A stretch of 58,796 bases of DNA, the filler included, from Bipalium vagum (taxonomy: Eukaryota), in the NCBI GenBank assembly GCA_037834085.1. It is 3 parts of 3 records of this genome, joined end to end, with 100 filler letters (N's around TTAATTAATTAA, not from the genome) between each part and the next. Parts side by side here need not be neighbours in the genome. Positions count along the whole stretch, not along the records: positions 38,705 to 58,796 come from JBBMKC010260473.1; 2 more parts are not named here. One strand, given 5' to 3'. Positions within the stretch are counted from its first letter, which is position 1. Every line of letters begins with the position of its first letter. The position numbers and the translations under genes were made by a program. This document shows, piece by piece, positions 41,422 to 56,200 of this stretch. The notes beneath the pieces are model-generated. The model saw nothing but the letters and a program-made list of their open reading frames with translations, ran no database searches and was not told where the DNA came from.

Positions 41422-44400
41422 CTGAATAAAGTTATAAAAACAAACCAATGTTTTCTTTAGTTATAAATATTTTAAATAAATAAATATTTTATATTTAAAT
41501 TAAACCACTTTCAAAAGTTATCTATTGAAATTAAACATTTCTAATGACACAACCGTAACGGAGCATATCAAATATTTGTTTGTTTTTTCAATTTTAAATA
41601 ATTTATTTTAAAATCTACAGCTTTAAATATTAATTATTCTCAAAATTAGATTATGTTCTCAAAAATTCCCCCATAATTCGGAAAGTCGGTTGAATGAGAT
41701 ATATTGTTGTATTGCTCAATACTTTGGAAATATGATTAGGAAATATTGAATTAAAACTTTTGTGGAACAAAAGGAAAATAATTAGATTCATAACTTCAGA
41801 TAAACGAGGCCGATCAAAATGGTTTTAACGTTGAAATGTGATTAAAACGGTTTTAGCACTATAGAAGTTACATCAAATTTTAATTTTTTCGAATTTTCTT
41901 ATTGGTCAATTTCATTGAATTATAAAATAATAAAATATTTTTAACATAAAATATCTTAAAAAATAGTCAATTATTTAGTTTATTAAAATTAAATAATTTT
42001 TTATATTTAATTAAATTTATCTAAATTCTGAGCGAAAACATTGGAATAATAAATAATGGCATTGTTTAAAAATAACTTTAAAAATATTATGTAAATAAAT
42101 AAATAAAAAATAATTTGTATCTCCACAAAAATGTTAAGATTATAATTTTAAAAAATATATTAAAAATGTGTAATCGGATTTCATTTCTTTCTCATAATTT
42201 TATAATGGGAATATTTCAACAGAAAAAATTTTGTAAAACATTTTATTTGTTTAAATCTATCATGATTCCCGCTGTTGATTTGTTTTAATGTAATTTGTCA
42301 ATATTATCTGAGAACTAGTTTGGCTTAATCTCACAATTTTATTACCACTATAACCATCAATTATTTATCAATTAAAACAATAAAAGAAAGGATACAAAAA
42401 ACATTGTTAAAAAAATAATAATCTATAAAATATTGTGATAAATCAATTTTATTCTTTTAAAATAGATTTGATCAGTGTAAAATTAAAAATATTTCCTTTG
42501 TCTTTCGTTTCTGAGATATGAGGAAAGAAAATATTTTCAGAAATGCTCGTCCTTCCTTTTAGCTCTGGAAAAGGAAATAGTTGTCACTTAACAATTAAAG
42601 TGAGCTGTCTGCAGTTGAGACTTAATGTATTTGTAAATAACGTCACTTAACTATTCCTTTTTCCTATTGTGTCGCAATATCGTTTTTCTCTTAAGCAAAC
42701 ATTTAATTCGTCATAATTTCATATACTTAATCAAATACCAAATCTATTATGTGTGAACATATTTTTCATTTGTAAAATTATTATTCCTAATATATATTTT
42801 TTATCGTTTTCTTCGTCCATCATTTCCCGTTAATCTTTGGTGTTAATTTTAAGAAGTTCCTTTTCTTCAAACCACGATTTTTGGGTGTCTTGAACTCTTG
42901 TTTTCAGCCCAAGGAAATCTGTTATCAAAATGAAAGATACAAGTTTATTAATTTTATCGATTATAATGTAAATAATGAGGATTTGTTCCGAAATTTTAAC
43001 TTTTTTTCAATTTTAAAGGATTACTTATTTTGGTATTCAGATAAACTCTTTTTGATACTTAAAATCCACTGTGGGTTATTTCTTTAACCACCAACACCAG
43101 CACAAACTAAACTTCACTTGCACAACAGCTCGAAATTCATCTCATCATCCGAAATTGGTTGGCTGATTCATTGAGTTGCATCGTCCTAATTCGAATATTT
43201 CTTACAGGTGTGTAAATGTGCCTGCATCTCAAAGAGTTTCTTATTTTTGCTATTTTTGTTTCATTTCGGTTACGTACAAAATTTTTTATTTTTTTAAAAA
43301 TTATATTGAAAATTTTTATTTTACTTTTAAATGAATTTTTTAAAGTTTATCGATCGCAAATTTTAAGAGAAACACAATAATTAAAATTTAGGAAATATTT
43401 GTAATTTTTAATTAAAATTCTCAGCACAATAATTTATTGGTTTAAAGACATTAAAAATATCAACATTTCGCTGACCTCTGTTTTTACGAATTTAACAACT
43501 GATTATTTGCACTTGGGAAAAATATAAAATAAATAAAACTTTTGTGGGAAATATTATACAAATATTTCAGGCTATGAAAAGTCAACCGTTATTTTAAGTG
43601 TATTTCAGAAAACAATAACCTTTTATACTGTGAATAATTGCTTTTAAATAATTATATAATACGGTTTTGACCATATGAAAGCAGCGGAATAATTTCATTC
43701 AACAATAATTTCCCATTATATAAATTAGCGGAGAATGACCAATTTTACTAAAAGCCGCGATAAACCACATGTTGTCAGCTTTATCATATAAAGCTAATAG
43801 GATCCTTAATGTTTTTAAACGATTTTTGTTTTTGTTTTATCTTGCTAGAAATTAACATATAATTTTTTTGTAGTATTTACATAATATTCTTCATGCACAA
43901 GGAAAATAAATCAGTTTAACTATGAAAATATTTTTGTTTTTATTATTTCTTTTTTTTAAAACTGTAAATGTAATTTAATATAAATATTCTAAATAACAAA
44001 TAATATTTAATAATATAAAATTCAGAATAATTTTATTGGATAAAAAATTGAAAAATAGAAATATAATTTAATATAGTTAATGTAAATAATAAATAATAGT
44101 TAATAATAATAAATAAATAATCAATAATAGTACATAATAAATTAATAGTAAATAATAATAAAAAATTCAGAATTATTTTAATAATATGAAAAATTTTAAA
44201 AATGAAACATAATTTAATATAATTTTTCTAAATAATAAATAATAGTTAATAATAAAATATTCGGAATTATTTTAATAGGAAAAAAAATTAAAAATGGAAA
44301 TATAATTTTATGGATAAAATTATAATTAATTACTAAATAAACTTTAGACTCGCTTAATATTGAGAAATGTGATTTATTTTCTTTAAATTTTGAGAACGTT

Positions 44401-45039
44401 GCCATTCCACTAATCCTTTTAGCTTTAATTAGCATAATTATTATTTTTACTTTGAAAAATATTTGTTATTTCGGCCTAAATTTTGAGAATTTTCGATAAA
44501 ATCTTTGGAATACTTAACTTCAAATCAAGGTCCCTGGGCAAAAATAATAAAGAGATTTATTTATTTTTGATTTTTTTCACTTTTTCTACGAACTTGTAAA
44601 GCGAAATATAATTGACTTTGTTAATGTTATTGACTTCAATTAGAAACCCTGCTGTAGATCGGCTTGACGTCATAAATAGAGAGTATTTTTTTGTCCAAAA
44701 TGTTAAAGGTTCTGGAATCTTTTACATTATTTATATTTTATTCCAGTTTTGTGTTTAATCGTTATGAATTTGTTAAGAGAAGGTCTCACAAGAAAATTTA
44801 AAAAGAAATAACAAAAATGATTAAAATAGGAATACAGACGATCTAATTTTTGGATTTACTTTTTAATAATTTTTGATTATATATTTCGTCTCACTGAAAT
44901 GGGGATTTGTATTTTTTTTATATTCTTGAATTAAACAATTTTTTAGTAATAATAAAATATTAATAAACGTTTCAAATTTTATTAAAATAATGAAATGAAC
45001 ATTAACCAATTAATAAAAAAAGAATTTGTTTAAAATAAG

Positions 45040-46058
45040 TCATTCAATTTGAATAGGGACGCTTGTGACTTTATTTAAAATTTAGTTTGAAATATTACTT
45101 AAATTTGCTTAATTAAGTAAAATTGTTATTAAACTTATAAAAATTTAAGTCTTAACTAAATTGATTCAATATGGGTCGAAAAATATCTTCGACTGAACAA
45201 GAAAAGGAAAGGATCGAAGCCTAAAGTGCAGTTGGCATTTAAAGTCGAAAAATAGCCATACAAAATAACAGGCCAAAAAATCAAGAGCAACGAAATCCAT
45301 AGAAAAGCGTTTAATACTACGAACTTCATCCAACAACAACAAAGTCTATTGCAATGGTTAAAGGAAGACTGCAATATTTATGCCAGTAAAACTACTGTTG
45401 AGTGTCTAATAAAAGCTTCGGGACATATTCACTACAGGAAACTGCTAAAAAGCCTCTATGAAAACTGGTAAAGAAAGGGAAACGAATTTTCTTAGCAAAC
45501 GCATATGACTGGAAAAAGAAAGTGTGAAAAAAAGTTTTTTTCAGATGAAAAAAGATTCAAAATGAATGATCAGGATGGTGTACAAGATTGTTTTCATGAT
45601 TTAAGAAAGGAAAACATAGTTTGAGAAGAGACTATAGTCAAGTAGGTTGGTTTCATTTTGAAAATATGAAGGCGCAAAATCCATTGTGCTTTGAAGTCTA
45701 TTTCTTTACAGTTCTTGGAGTCGTTATTCCAATCTATGTCTCACATTTTTTTTTGAAGCAATACTAAACAAAAGTGGATCTACCTATTATTAATTTTTAA
45801 TTTTTGAACTTTTGTTTATGTAAGAACATTATTTTAACTTAAGAGAGTTCTTTTCACTATTCAAGTAAATCAATTATAATTACCGTTCTTAACTGAAAAT
45901 ATTTTTTCGTGAATATATTACTTATTTTAGATATTATTTTACGTGTTATAATTAAAATCATGTCAAACTTCATCATTGAGCATTAAATAAATTATTTGGG
46001 ACGAGTGAACGCCCTAAAATTCAAAAGTGTTAATGTTCCTATTCAAATGAAACGGAGT
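45040..46058 (+). mobile_element. Degenerate Tc1/Tc3-like element with residual TIRs
   Basis: FSDEKRFKMNDQDG. TTCAATTTGAATAGGGAC (~45043) is inverted relative to GTTCCTATTCAAATGAA (~46035). Confidence 0.7.
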
Positions 46059-46342
46059 ATGTGTAAACACGTTTGAAATAAGGCGAGAAAACCACCATGT
46101 TAGGGTTTAGTTTGTAAATGAATACATTTTCCGGAAGATTATATTAAAGGGTAATAAATTTGAGTTTATTTAAAAGAAAAAATTGCATAGATCTAAGGTA
46201 AAGAAACTTTTTATAATTCCACTATCAAGTAGAGCAAATTAGTGAAAGACCAGTGTTAAGACAGGGTTTAAGTTAGTGAAACATTCTTTCATCTTATTTC
46301 TTCCTATAAAATTTCTAAGTATCTAAAAAACAAAAAAATTTA

Positions 46343-46343
<1 letters not shown>

Positions 46344-46386
<43 letters not shown>
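46344..46386. repeat. (TAA)n microsatellite
   Basis: Seen directly. Confidence 0.95.
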
Positions 46387-46389
<3 letters not shown>

Positions 46390-48399
46390 TAAAACAATCA
46401 TCATCATAATAATAAGTGATGATGAATTGCGTTTGCTTTTAATTATGGTAGTAATATTAATTATGTCTAAAGAGATCCGAAAAGTGAAGTAAAACAACAA
46501 CTTTTTAAAATGAAGTTAATATTAAAAGTGATATAGACACATTTTTACGCTGAATAAGTATGACAGATTACATTTCCAAAACAGACGCGGGCTGGCGACG
46601 TCTATTGAAAGTTTCATTCAATAAAAGGAGCTACGTCAATTATGTCCACACCTTAACTTATGAAGATTTAGCTTAGATCACTTATCTATTTATGTTAATT
46701 GTCATAACCTTCAATCTCGATTTTACTGACAAAAATAATAGGAAACGATTTTCCAAACTGTCACACAATGCTTAAAAAGTCACTCATAATTTTTCATCTT
46801 TCTTATAATAATAATAATAATTTTTCCGTTATATATTTCAACGTATCCAAAATTAAATAAAATAAAATAAATAAATTTTCTAATTTGAAATCCGATCTTG
46901 AACAGTTTTATGTCTTAATTTTTTTTGTTTGAATAAACTAATAAAAATGAAAAAATCGAATTTCTTGTTTGGATACACTGGCTTATCTTACACCTGCCTT
47001 AAATAAAATAATAAATATTTTTATTTCATTAAAACAAAATTTATTTTTATTATGATTTTTTTGAATCTGGATTTAAATTTGAAAAGATTGTTTTTATTGG
47101 ATAATATTGAAGAAAAATAAAATAAAATGCAACAAAAATTTATGGCAACGTTATTTGCGACTTCATAGATTAAAAATAGTAATAATAAATAATAAAATAA
47201 TTATAGGAAATTATATAAAATTTTAATGATTCAATTCAAACAAAATATTGAGAAAATTATCAAAGATTCAGTTGAGGCAGAACATAAAATTTGATGTCTT
47301 TCTTACTATAAGCAACTATTTTACATGATGTAAAGCACAGAGATTTATAATTATATATAATTATTATTAACAATTAACTATTGAAATTATCAAATAACAC
47401 GGCTTCGGATATTATTTCTCTAAAGTTCTTGAAATTTTTCTGATGGATAATTTTTTCTTGCTGGATATTTCTTATTTTGACTCAAATTTCACAGGAAGAT
47501 TATCCTCTATAGTGGAGATTTACATTCCACCGATGGTTAGTGGAATGTTAATTAACGGTTTGATCTAGAAATAGGGATAAAAATGAAGAGATATTTTGTA
47601 AATTAATCTGCCTCAAGCTTTCTTTAGGTCGGACGAAGACACAGAGTAGATCATCGTATTTTTTGGTGTTAATGAAAAGCTTTCATTGGTGATAGTAAAT
47701 TAATGCTTTTGAACGAAGATGTGGAGAAAATACCATCTGAGGGAAATTAACATTAAAATAATGCTTTTAGTATAAGATTCCTTTGAAAGTACAATATTTA
47801 AAATCAGAAAAGATTTTATTATTGGGTATGTTGTACCAAATGATTTGTTTTAATGTCTGGATGTAAAGAATAATTAAAACAATTAAAATCAATTTTCAAT
47901 GATTTGAGACTGTATGGTTTAAAATCTAATAAATTTTTTCTGTTAATCGCAATAAAAACTGGCCAATTTTCAGTTTTTCACAGAATTCAGATATGGTCAA
48001 GAATCTAAGCTTGGTAATAAATAAAACGAAAATATATTTAAATAAATTACCAATATTGCAATTAAATAAAAATAATGAAGTAAAATAAAATGAAATTGAA
48101 AATAAAGGAATTTAAGAATGAAATATTTATAATTTAACACCAATGAAATTGATTTTAATTAAGCTTAGTATATTTGGTTAGTTAAAAATCGTCAATAAGA
48201 AAAGAATAATAAAATTATAATGAAAACCTTTGGGGTATTTATACGGATTATTATTGGATTAGGATAAATCATTTGTTATTTTTATATGAAATCAATTAAT
48301 TAATGCATAAAAAATATTTTTTAAAATCTAATTTTAGAATATTAAGAAATTTTTAAAATACATTGTTATATTATATTAAGTTTCTTAGTAAAAATATCG

Positions 48400-48640
48400 T
48401 TTTCAAGATTAAGTTGATGTAGTATCCATTTGTCACATGTTTATTTTACAAATTGAATGTAAATGATTTGCTAGTACAACGCGGTTGCATTTGAGCGTTT
48501 TCAAAAAGTTCACGAGGACTTTGTCGAGTATCTGTCTCAATGACCTCTTTAAAGTCATCATTATCTACAAATTGATGACGTCATCCATGCTAATCATCTT
48601 TCTGATGTTCACTTTCATGTTTAATTCTTGAAGTATTTTT
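48400..48640 (-). mobile_element. Mariner fragment
   Basis: HG*RHQFVDNDDFKEVIETDTRQSPREL matches the mariner GRP/HTH2 region. Confidence 0.6.
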
Positions 48641-49186
48641 TGTCATTCACATTTCCAATCTCATTTTCTAACTTAAAATGAGTGAAGTAAAAGATGATTT
48701 TAATAAAATATTATAAATGAGACAAATATACAAAAAAAAATTTAGAATTCGGGGTTCTTTCGGTAGTTTAGGCAATAATAAATGTTTTCAATTGAAACAC
48801 GCATTTTTCACTTAACAACATTTAATAATAATATTATTAAAATTTTTATTAAAATAAAAAAAAATCACAATGAATTTTCACTAATAATATCTAATATAAG
48901 TAAATAATAACAAAGTGGGAAAACAGTGTGTAAATTATGAAATGACATCGTAGCTGAAAGAAACGTTCATCCTGTCAAATACTTTAAGGAAATTTCCCAC
49001 AAATGCAAACTTTCCAAAAAATTAAGAAAAACGAAAATGAAGTCATGAATATCTTGGTTGAATAATTCTGTCAGGAACGAATTGGATTATATAAAGATGG
49101 TACGAGCTTCAATTTTTATTCATACAGAAAATCGTACATTCGTTTGTTAGATAAATTATATTTGCATCTGATTTAAGTTTTCATAA

Positions 49187-49231
49187 ATTAAATTAAATTA
49201 AAATTAAATTAAATTAAATTGAATTAAAATT
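49187..49231. repeat. (TAAAT)n pentanucleotide repeat
   Basis: Seen directly; imperfect. Confidence 0.85.
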
Positions 49232-52200
49232 ATTTATTAAAACGTAAATATTTTTCAACCCGAAACATTATTATCCAGCTATAACCGAAATTTTTTTTCT
49301 GTGCATTCCAGAGGATTAATAAATTATTTATTATTCGTGAAAGAACTGAAAAATTACGAAACACCGTCAAAAAAGCTTTTGGGTAATGGTGGAATATGAT
49401 GATATTTTATTATCAAATTAAGACATGATCAATAATGAGAAAACATATTAAAAGAAGGCCAAGCTCAATAATTTAATAAGGAAGGGAATGTGTGGGCAAA
49501 GAAAATAGTTTAAAATATTCAAAACTCAATCTTCCAGCTCGTAGTTCGAGTAAGAATAGACTGTAAAATAATGTAAAGAAGACAGCTTATTAAAAGTGTG
49601 TAGTAAAAAGAAACGAGAAATCGAGAGCAATAAATTTGAAAGTGAAAGGCTGAAGAGTAAATAATGGAAGTAGAGCAATAGAAGAACGTAATATCCGAAA
49701 AGGATTCAAAATTGTTAAAAGAAATTATTATGTTTGGTCATTCGAAAAGTTTAATCACAAAATTATTAAAATAATAATAAATCATTTTGTCTCACACTGC
49801 TCGAAGATGAACCGATAATCTAATAGAAAATCAATAAATCCTGTCTGAAGGTTGAAATTTTGAATAAGACTTAAGAGATCTTCGATTGTTAATTTAAAGT
49901 AAATAAGTGATAGTAATCTGGGAACGTAATTTGATATTTTTGGTTATTTCTTAGTGTTTTCTAATTTTGTTCTCTCCATATCAAGTAGAACGGAAAACAG
50001 AATTTCTGTCTGAGGGCCGCTGAGAATAAGATACCGAATGGTGTTCTATCTAGTTTAAATTATCTTCATTTTTTGTGTAATTTTTTAAAAATTATTTATT
50101 TAATAAAATTTACAGATAAGACTTTAAAAAAAATTAAAGGAAAATTAGCTAAGAATTCCAATGATTGACCATTTTCCTTTAGTGTTTCCATGTCATTTAA
50201 TAATAATATAGAAAAACAATTCTTCAATCCATACGTCGAATTTGACAAAAGAATTTTATCAAATGATTTTCCATACTTCAATAAGAAAGAAATCATTGAA
50301 AATCGATTTTCACTTTAAATTCAATGAAAACCTACAACCTCTTATCCAAATTCCATAGGCTGTCAAGCGGAAAAGAATTTAAAGTCGCATTAAACATTGT
50401 GTTGGGCGGGTTTGATAATCAATCACCAAAGTTAAACAGAGTATATTTACATTTTCCACAGATTTTAAGTCAAATAAACAAAGTTATTTCGGCTTAAATT
50501 AACTAAAAATTGTTTATTTTTCGGATGAATTAAATCTTTTTTCTTTTAAATAAATATTAATGATATCTTCATTTTTTGTTTATTTTCTAGAGTTCCTTCG
50601 CTTTTTACGGCTCAAGTTAAAATGGCATAAAAATAAAATAATGAGTGATAAGAAAATAAGAAAACTTCTAGATACCAGAAATAAGAAAATATATGAATAA
50701 ATTAAATAAATTAAAAGTTATAAAAGTTATTTTCTTTTATGAATATAATATAATAAATTAATATTTCCATATCAAGGATTTCATATATTTATTACATTTC
50801 CAATAGCCTTTCTCCTCGTGTTTTTAATATTTTAGCCATTTATTTTTAAGAACTTTTATTATATATTTTAATTCTATTATATACTTCAAAAAAAGAAAAT
50901 TATTAAAATTATTTATTTTATAATGTGATTATGTACGATAATATATAATAAAATTTTTTTATTAAAAATTGATTTTTCCAGAGAAATTGTAATGAAAACG
51001 GTATTACTATTTATTGGAATTTAGAATATAGTATTATATATACGTATTAATATAGAAAGAATTTCATGCAGACTTTCCGATTCTTGAAAATGACAATTGT
51101 ATATTATTACGCTAAAATTATATTAAAATTTAAATACTTTTTAAATTTTTGATTAAATAAATTAAATAGTTTAAGAATTCAATTGTTACAAAAAGAATAT
51201 AATATATTAAAACTATAGTCCTATTTTTGGTCTTATATTCGGAAATGTCCGGTAGTTCATTTCCCAAATGCAGAAATCAATGATACCTTATAATTAAACT
51301 ACTCTACATTCTTGCTTATAAATGCGGAACGTATGCATACGCCGTAACATGAATTTTTATAAAATTATTAAAATTAATGCATACTATTTTTAAGCAAATT
51401 TGTTTGAATATTTTTAAATGAAGAACATTTTCAAATTTCATAATAGCAATGCACACAGATAAAGTTGGAAAATCTTATTCAAATAACCGAAAACTGGAAT
51501 CGGTTAACCATACCGAAAAGTATGGCAATTCGGCGGCAGCTAAGGACTTCTCAACATTTGAGTATTTCTTAATAATTGAGAAAATTTCAAAGATCTAACT
51601 GATCATATCCTTAAATAATACATTAAAAAGACTTCCTAAAAATAATACTCACAACTACTCTAAAATTCAATATATGCTATGGATTATACTAAAGCGATCT
51701 ATTAAAAAGAATTAGACCTGGAAGCTGACTTCGAATATACAACCATTAATATTGACAAGAATCAAAATGAAAGACAAACATGAGGAATTGGAAGGGTTAA
51801 GATTTCTCAATATCAACGAAAGGCTACCAGAAAGGCCTATTTTGATTCTGTTATGAAAATCGGAAAATAAAATCTATCATGCATTTTGTAACTAATTAAT
51901 TTTTTTCTAATATTATCAAATCAAAATTTTATCTCCATCGAAAAGGTCAGCCATTGTAATTGAATTATTCGCAATGAAAAAAGGACGGATTTCCGAATAC
52001 ACATTTATTTCTCCTTTCCATTGAAACAAAGAATTGAAAAATAAATTAATTTCCCAACCCTTTCCATTGAGAATTTCACAAAATTCAATTAGACAGTGAG
52101 ATAATATCTGGTAATTTATTTTTCTACCTGTTCTCAGTGGGATAATATACTCCAAGCTAGACAGGCCGTCTTTGATTACTGAATCAATAGCTGAGTTTCC

Positions 52201-53134
52201 CTAATTTCGTTTCAATTCGACAGTAGCAGATATCCCGGGATCGCAGAGTAACCAGGGAAAATGTCATATTTCGAAGCGTGGCGGTGCCGCCTATTCTGAC
52301 ATCATTGAACCATAATCGCTGGTTGAATACCAAACCGATAAATCACCTTTCTTGCGACTGTTGCTCACACCGTTACTTTCTGAAAAGTCATTTCGCCCTA
52401 ATTGATCCCAAGCAATTCAACAATTGGAATTCAATTAAATTCGTGTATATTTTAACGATCAGTACATTTACTCTATGATTGCAATGTTGACTTGTTTTTC
52501 CTTTTGAGGACATAAAATTTTTTACTCTTTTTCCAAGCGAAATATTTTGGAATAAATTCTGAAGATAGAACAGCTGTGGTAGTTTTCAGCAAATATCATT
52601 GAGAATTCGCTGAAGAATGTACATTATAACTGTCATTAAAATCTACTTTCATTTAATGAACTTATTATTTATAATTATTTATTTTTTTTGTTTTAATTAT
52701 ATTGTCATTTAATGAGAAAAATATTTAATTTAATTTATTATATATTTCATTTTCAAGAAAATAAAATTGAAATATTTTAACGTGAAGGGGAAATCCAATT
52801 AAATTATAATATTAACAATATAATCATAAATTATTAAACAATCAATATTTGTATAAAAATTAAAAATTTTTGTATGATAATAAAATAGTAAAATAATAAA
52901 TAATAAATAATAAAAACTTCTAACAATGATCAGTGAACTTGTAAAAAATAATACTTAATTATTTTTAAGGGGATTTTGATTGGGAAAAAGTAAATAGCTT
53001 TATCAATATACATTGTTTTATCTCGTTCAGAACGGATCAATATATCGCATTTGAGAAAAATAAAACGAAAAATATTCCAAAAGCAAATTCAATGAAACTG
53101 ACTTACAATTTTCATAAAATTATATCTCTCTCAG

Positions 53135-53214
53135 TTCCCAGTCTCCCTCCTTGTCTCCAGAAACCAGTCTCTTCGAGCTCACAAGAAAATAAGCCCAAGA
53201 AAGAAACAGATCAG
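53135..53214 (+). CDS. Orphan internal exon PSLPPCLQKPVSSSSQENKPKKETDQ
   Basis: Polypyrimidine CTCTCTCAG acceptor, strong CAG|GTATGT donor and an open frame. Confidence 0.45.
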
Positions 53215-56200
53215 GTATGTACTCCTTTTTATTTAATTAAAATTAATATATTTTGAAATTTATGTAACAAATAATTGATAATGATTAATAAATTTAACAA
53301 ATGTGTTTTCTTAAAATTTCGTTTTTGATGTTTTAATTTTGCTTGAATTTATACTTTATTTTAATTAATTTTAATTAAAATAAATTTAATTTAATTATTT
53401 AAATTCAACAATTAAAACCATTTTTATGAACCCTGCTAAATTAACTGATAATTTGTTTTGTCAATACTACAACATTTGAATTTTTATTTAAATTTTGCAC
53501 AATTAGAAAAATTTAATGATAAACACTGTGCATGAATTATTTTAAAATAAATAAAAATAATAATAAAAATTAAATAAAATAAAAAAAACATTGTAATGAA
53601 TATTAATGTTTTCAACTCAGCAGTGTAGAGTTATTAATTGCTTTGAAATGTGTTTCTCGAAAATTCGAAAAATTAATTAATTATCTAATTAAATTAATTG
53701 AAACTCCGTTGACAATTGGAAGTAATTGTATAATTTCATTGTTGACTGTGGATTTTGTTTGATCTCAATAACTGGACATTAAACAGTTTTTTGTAATCCT
53801 AAGACTTCAATTAAAAAGGTCTTTATAATTAATTAATTTTTATTTAGCGCTTTACAGACTGTCTGAGAAAATTGGCAAGCCTGCTTCTATAAAGATGGAA
53901 TATGTTCAATTTTGGGCTTCGATTTATTATTAAGTCAAGAATAATGATTAATTAACCACTGACAATGAGACTGTTTCCCCCGCGAAATAATACCAATGTA
54001 AATTTGAGGATGACTACCACCTCATTCTCACATCCCGGTCTCTGATTCTATCACTATGTTCATGCTGGGGTTAGAATAGTATTTCTGAATGTGATCCTAG
54101 ATCTGTTTTATAATTACAGTGAAAATTTAGGTTAACAAAAATATTAACAGTTCATAAAATAAAATTATTTATGATTAGAAAAGTAGTGAGTCTATTTACT
54201 TGGAAACTGTTATATAAAATTCATTATTTTTCTAAAGCAAAAATATTCCATTGATATTTTAAAATATTAAAATATTTATAATATTTGGTCTTAGATGAAA
54301 TCCATCTATTAAAAGCTGCGTGGTTATTATTATCGTTATCAAATTATTACACAATTTAAGTTTTAACTTAAGTTTTTAATTGCCTTAATAAGTCGATGTT
54401 ATCGAATTTAACTGCAGTAAATTCAAACTTTAATAAAGTTCTTCATTGAAGAAAGAGTGGAAATTGGTTGATTGAGAGTTATAATGAAATCTGAAGACAC
54501 AGGTCTTTAGAAGAAAACAGATATCCAAGACTTGAGAGATGTTATTCAAATGAATGCAACTAGAATATCAACAGAAATAACAAAATGTGATTGAGTTTAT
54601 TAATCGCTTAGAGAAAAGTGTTTTAAAGTTAATGGTCATTCTGAAGACAAATATTAAATCTTAATAAATAAATATTACTCTGTCCAAAACTTGCAGTCTT
54701 AATTTAAATATATCTCTCGGTATTACATTTTAAAATCGGATACTCATTAATACCTCATACAAACCCCGTATATCAAATTAATAAGAACTATTAAAAATTT
54801 TTAAGGACTGCATTTTTAACAATATTTTTTTAATTATTGATAAATCAAACTGACCTAACGTAAATTGCTGTGAACAGACGTTGCTGAATCTATTTTTAGT
54901 AACACGACTGGAAATCAAAACTGTGATATAAATATTTTATTTAATCAACATAATCACACAATGACTTTTTAAGTTCAAACTTGAAATGTTTCTAATTTTA
55001 TAACAATTACTAATGGCCCTCTTGATTGACAGGACATCCAAACAGAAATTAATTGAAGATTTTCTTTGAAAATTCTTTAAAAACTTAAAATCTTTTTTTA
55101 ACAGGATCGATAGTTTACTTAAATTTCCATGTAAATAATCGCTATGATATTACCCCCTTTGACATCAGAAACTAAAAATATAATTTAAATACTTTTACCT
55201 CTGTGAATATTGTGATATCCGAAGAGGCAAAAGTCAGTTTTATGTATCACCTGTGTATTAATAATTAAGTATTATTTAAATGAAATTATTTCAGTAAGAG
55301 TCAAATGAAACTTTCGCGAATATTTTTTGGCAATGAAAAAAAGAAAGGTATGGATAGAGATCTGAGTTTATAATAACTAAATGATTCAAATTGTAAAATA
55401 TGACAATAAATAATTATCTCTGATGATCACTGGAACTTTATTGATAATACATCAGAACATAATTTATTCTAAATATGCTGATTAGAATGTCTACAGTTAT
55501 GTTACATTTCTCATTTATTATCCTTTTATATATTTGGTTAGATAATATTTTCAAATAAATGAAAATATCATTAAATAATAAAATAATATTATTATCATCA
55601 TTATTAATATATATTTAATGAATATTTTTTGAATTATTTAGAAAACCGTATTTGATATTAATATAAGGGTTTTTTTAATTTCCCCAACACTGTCTTAGAA
55701 AAGCTCAGCTTATTTACTTTACCCGGATAAACTATTTTTATTATTTACTAACGGATGCAGTTATTACTTTATTAATTTTCTTGATAAATAAACTTTTTTC
55801 GAAAAAAAATCTTTCTTTCTTATAAAGAAGATGTAATTATATTTTTCATTTTCTGAGTAATTAACAATATTTTATTTATATTCTTATTCTTATATACTGT
55901 ATATGTTTGTGATAATATTCCGGAATATTTATAATATAATTAAATATTTTACTTTTACACAGAAATTAAAGATATGTATAATCAATATTTTATAACTACA
56001 TTTTATAATTTATTTAATTATTAAATTTGTTTCTAAACATTTAAAAAAAATTAAAATTAATTTATTTTAACAAATTCTGATTGGTTAAAATTATTATTTT
56101 TAAAACTGTTTTTATTATCATGAATTTTATTTTTTTTACTAAACTGAAATATTTATGATTGAATTTCTTTATAATAAATGCTGTAAAATATTACACTGTT

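Noticed and set aside
46315-46500. Poly-Leu 'membrane peptide' ORF
   Set aside because: It is the translation of a (TAA)n microsatellite.
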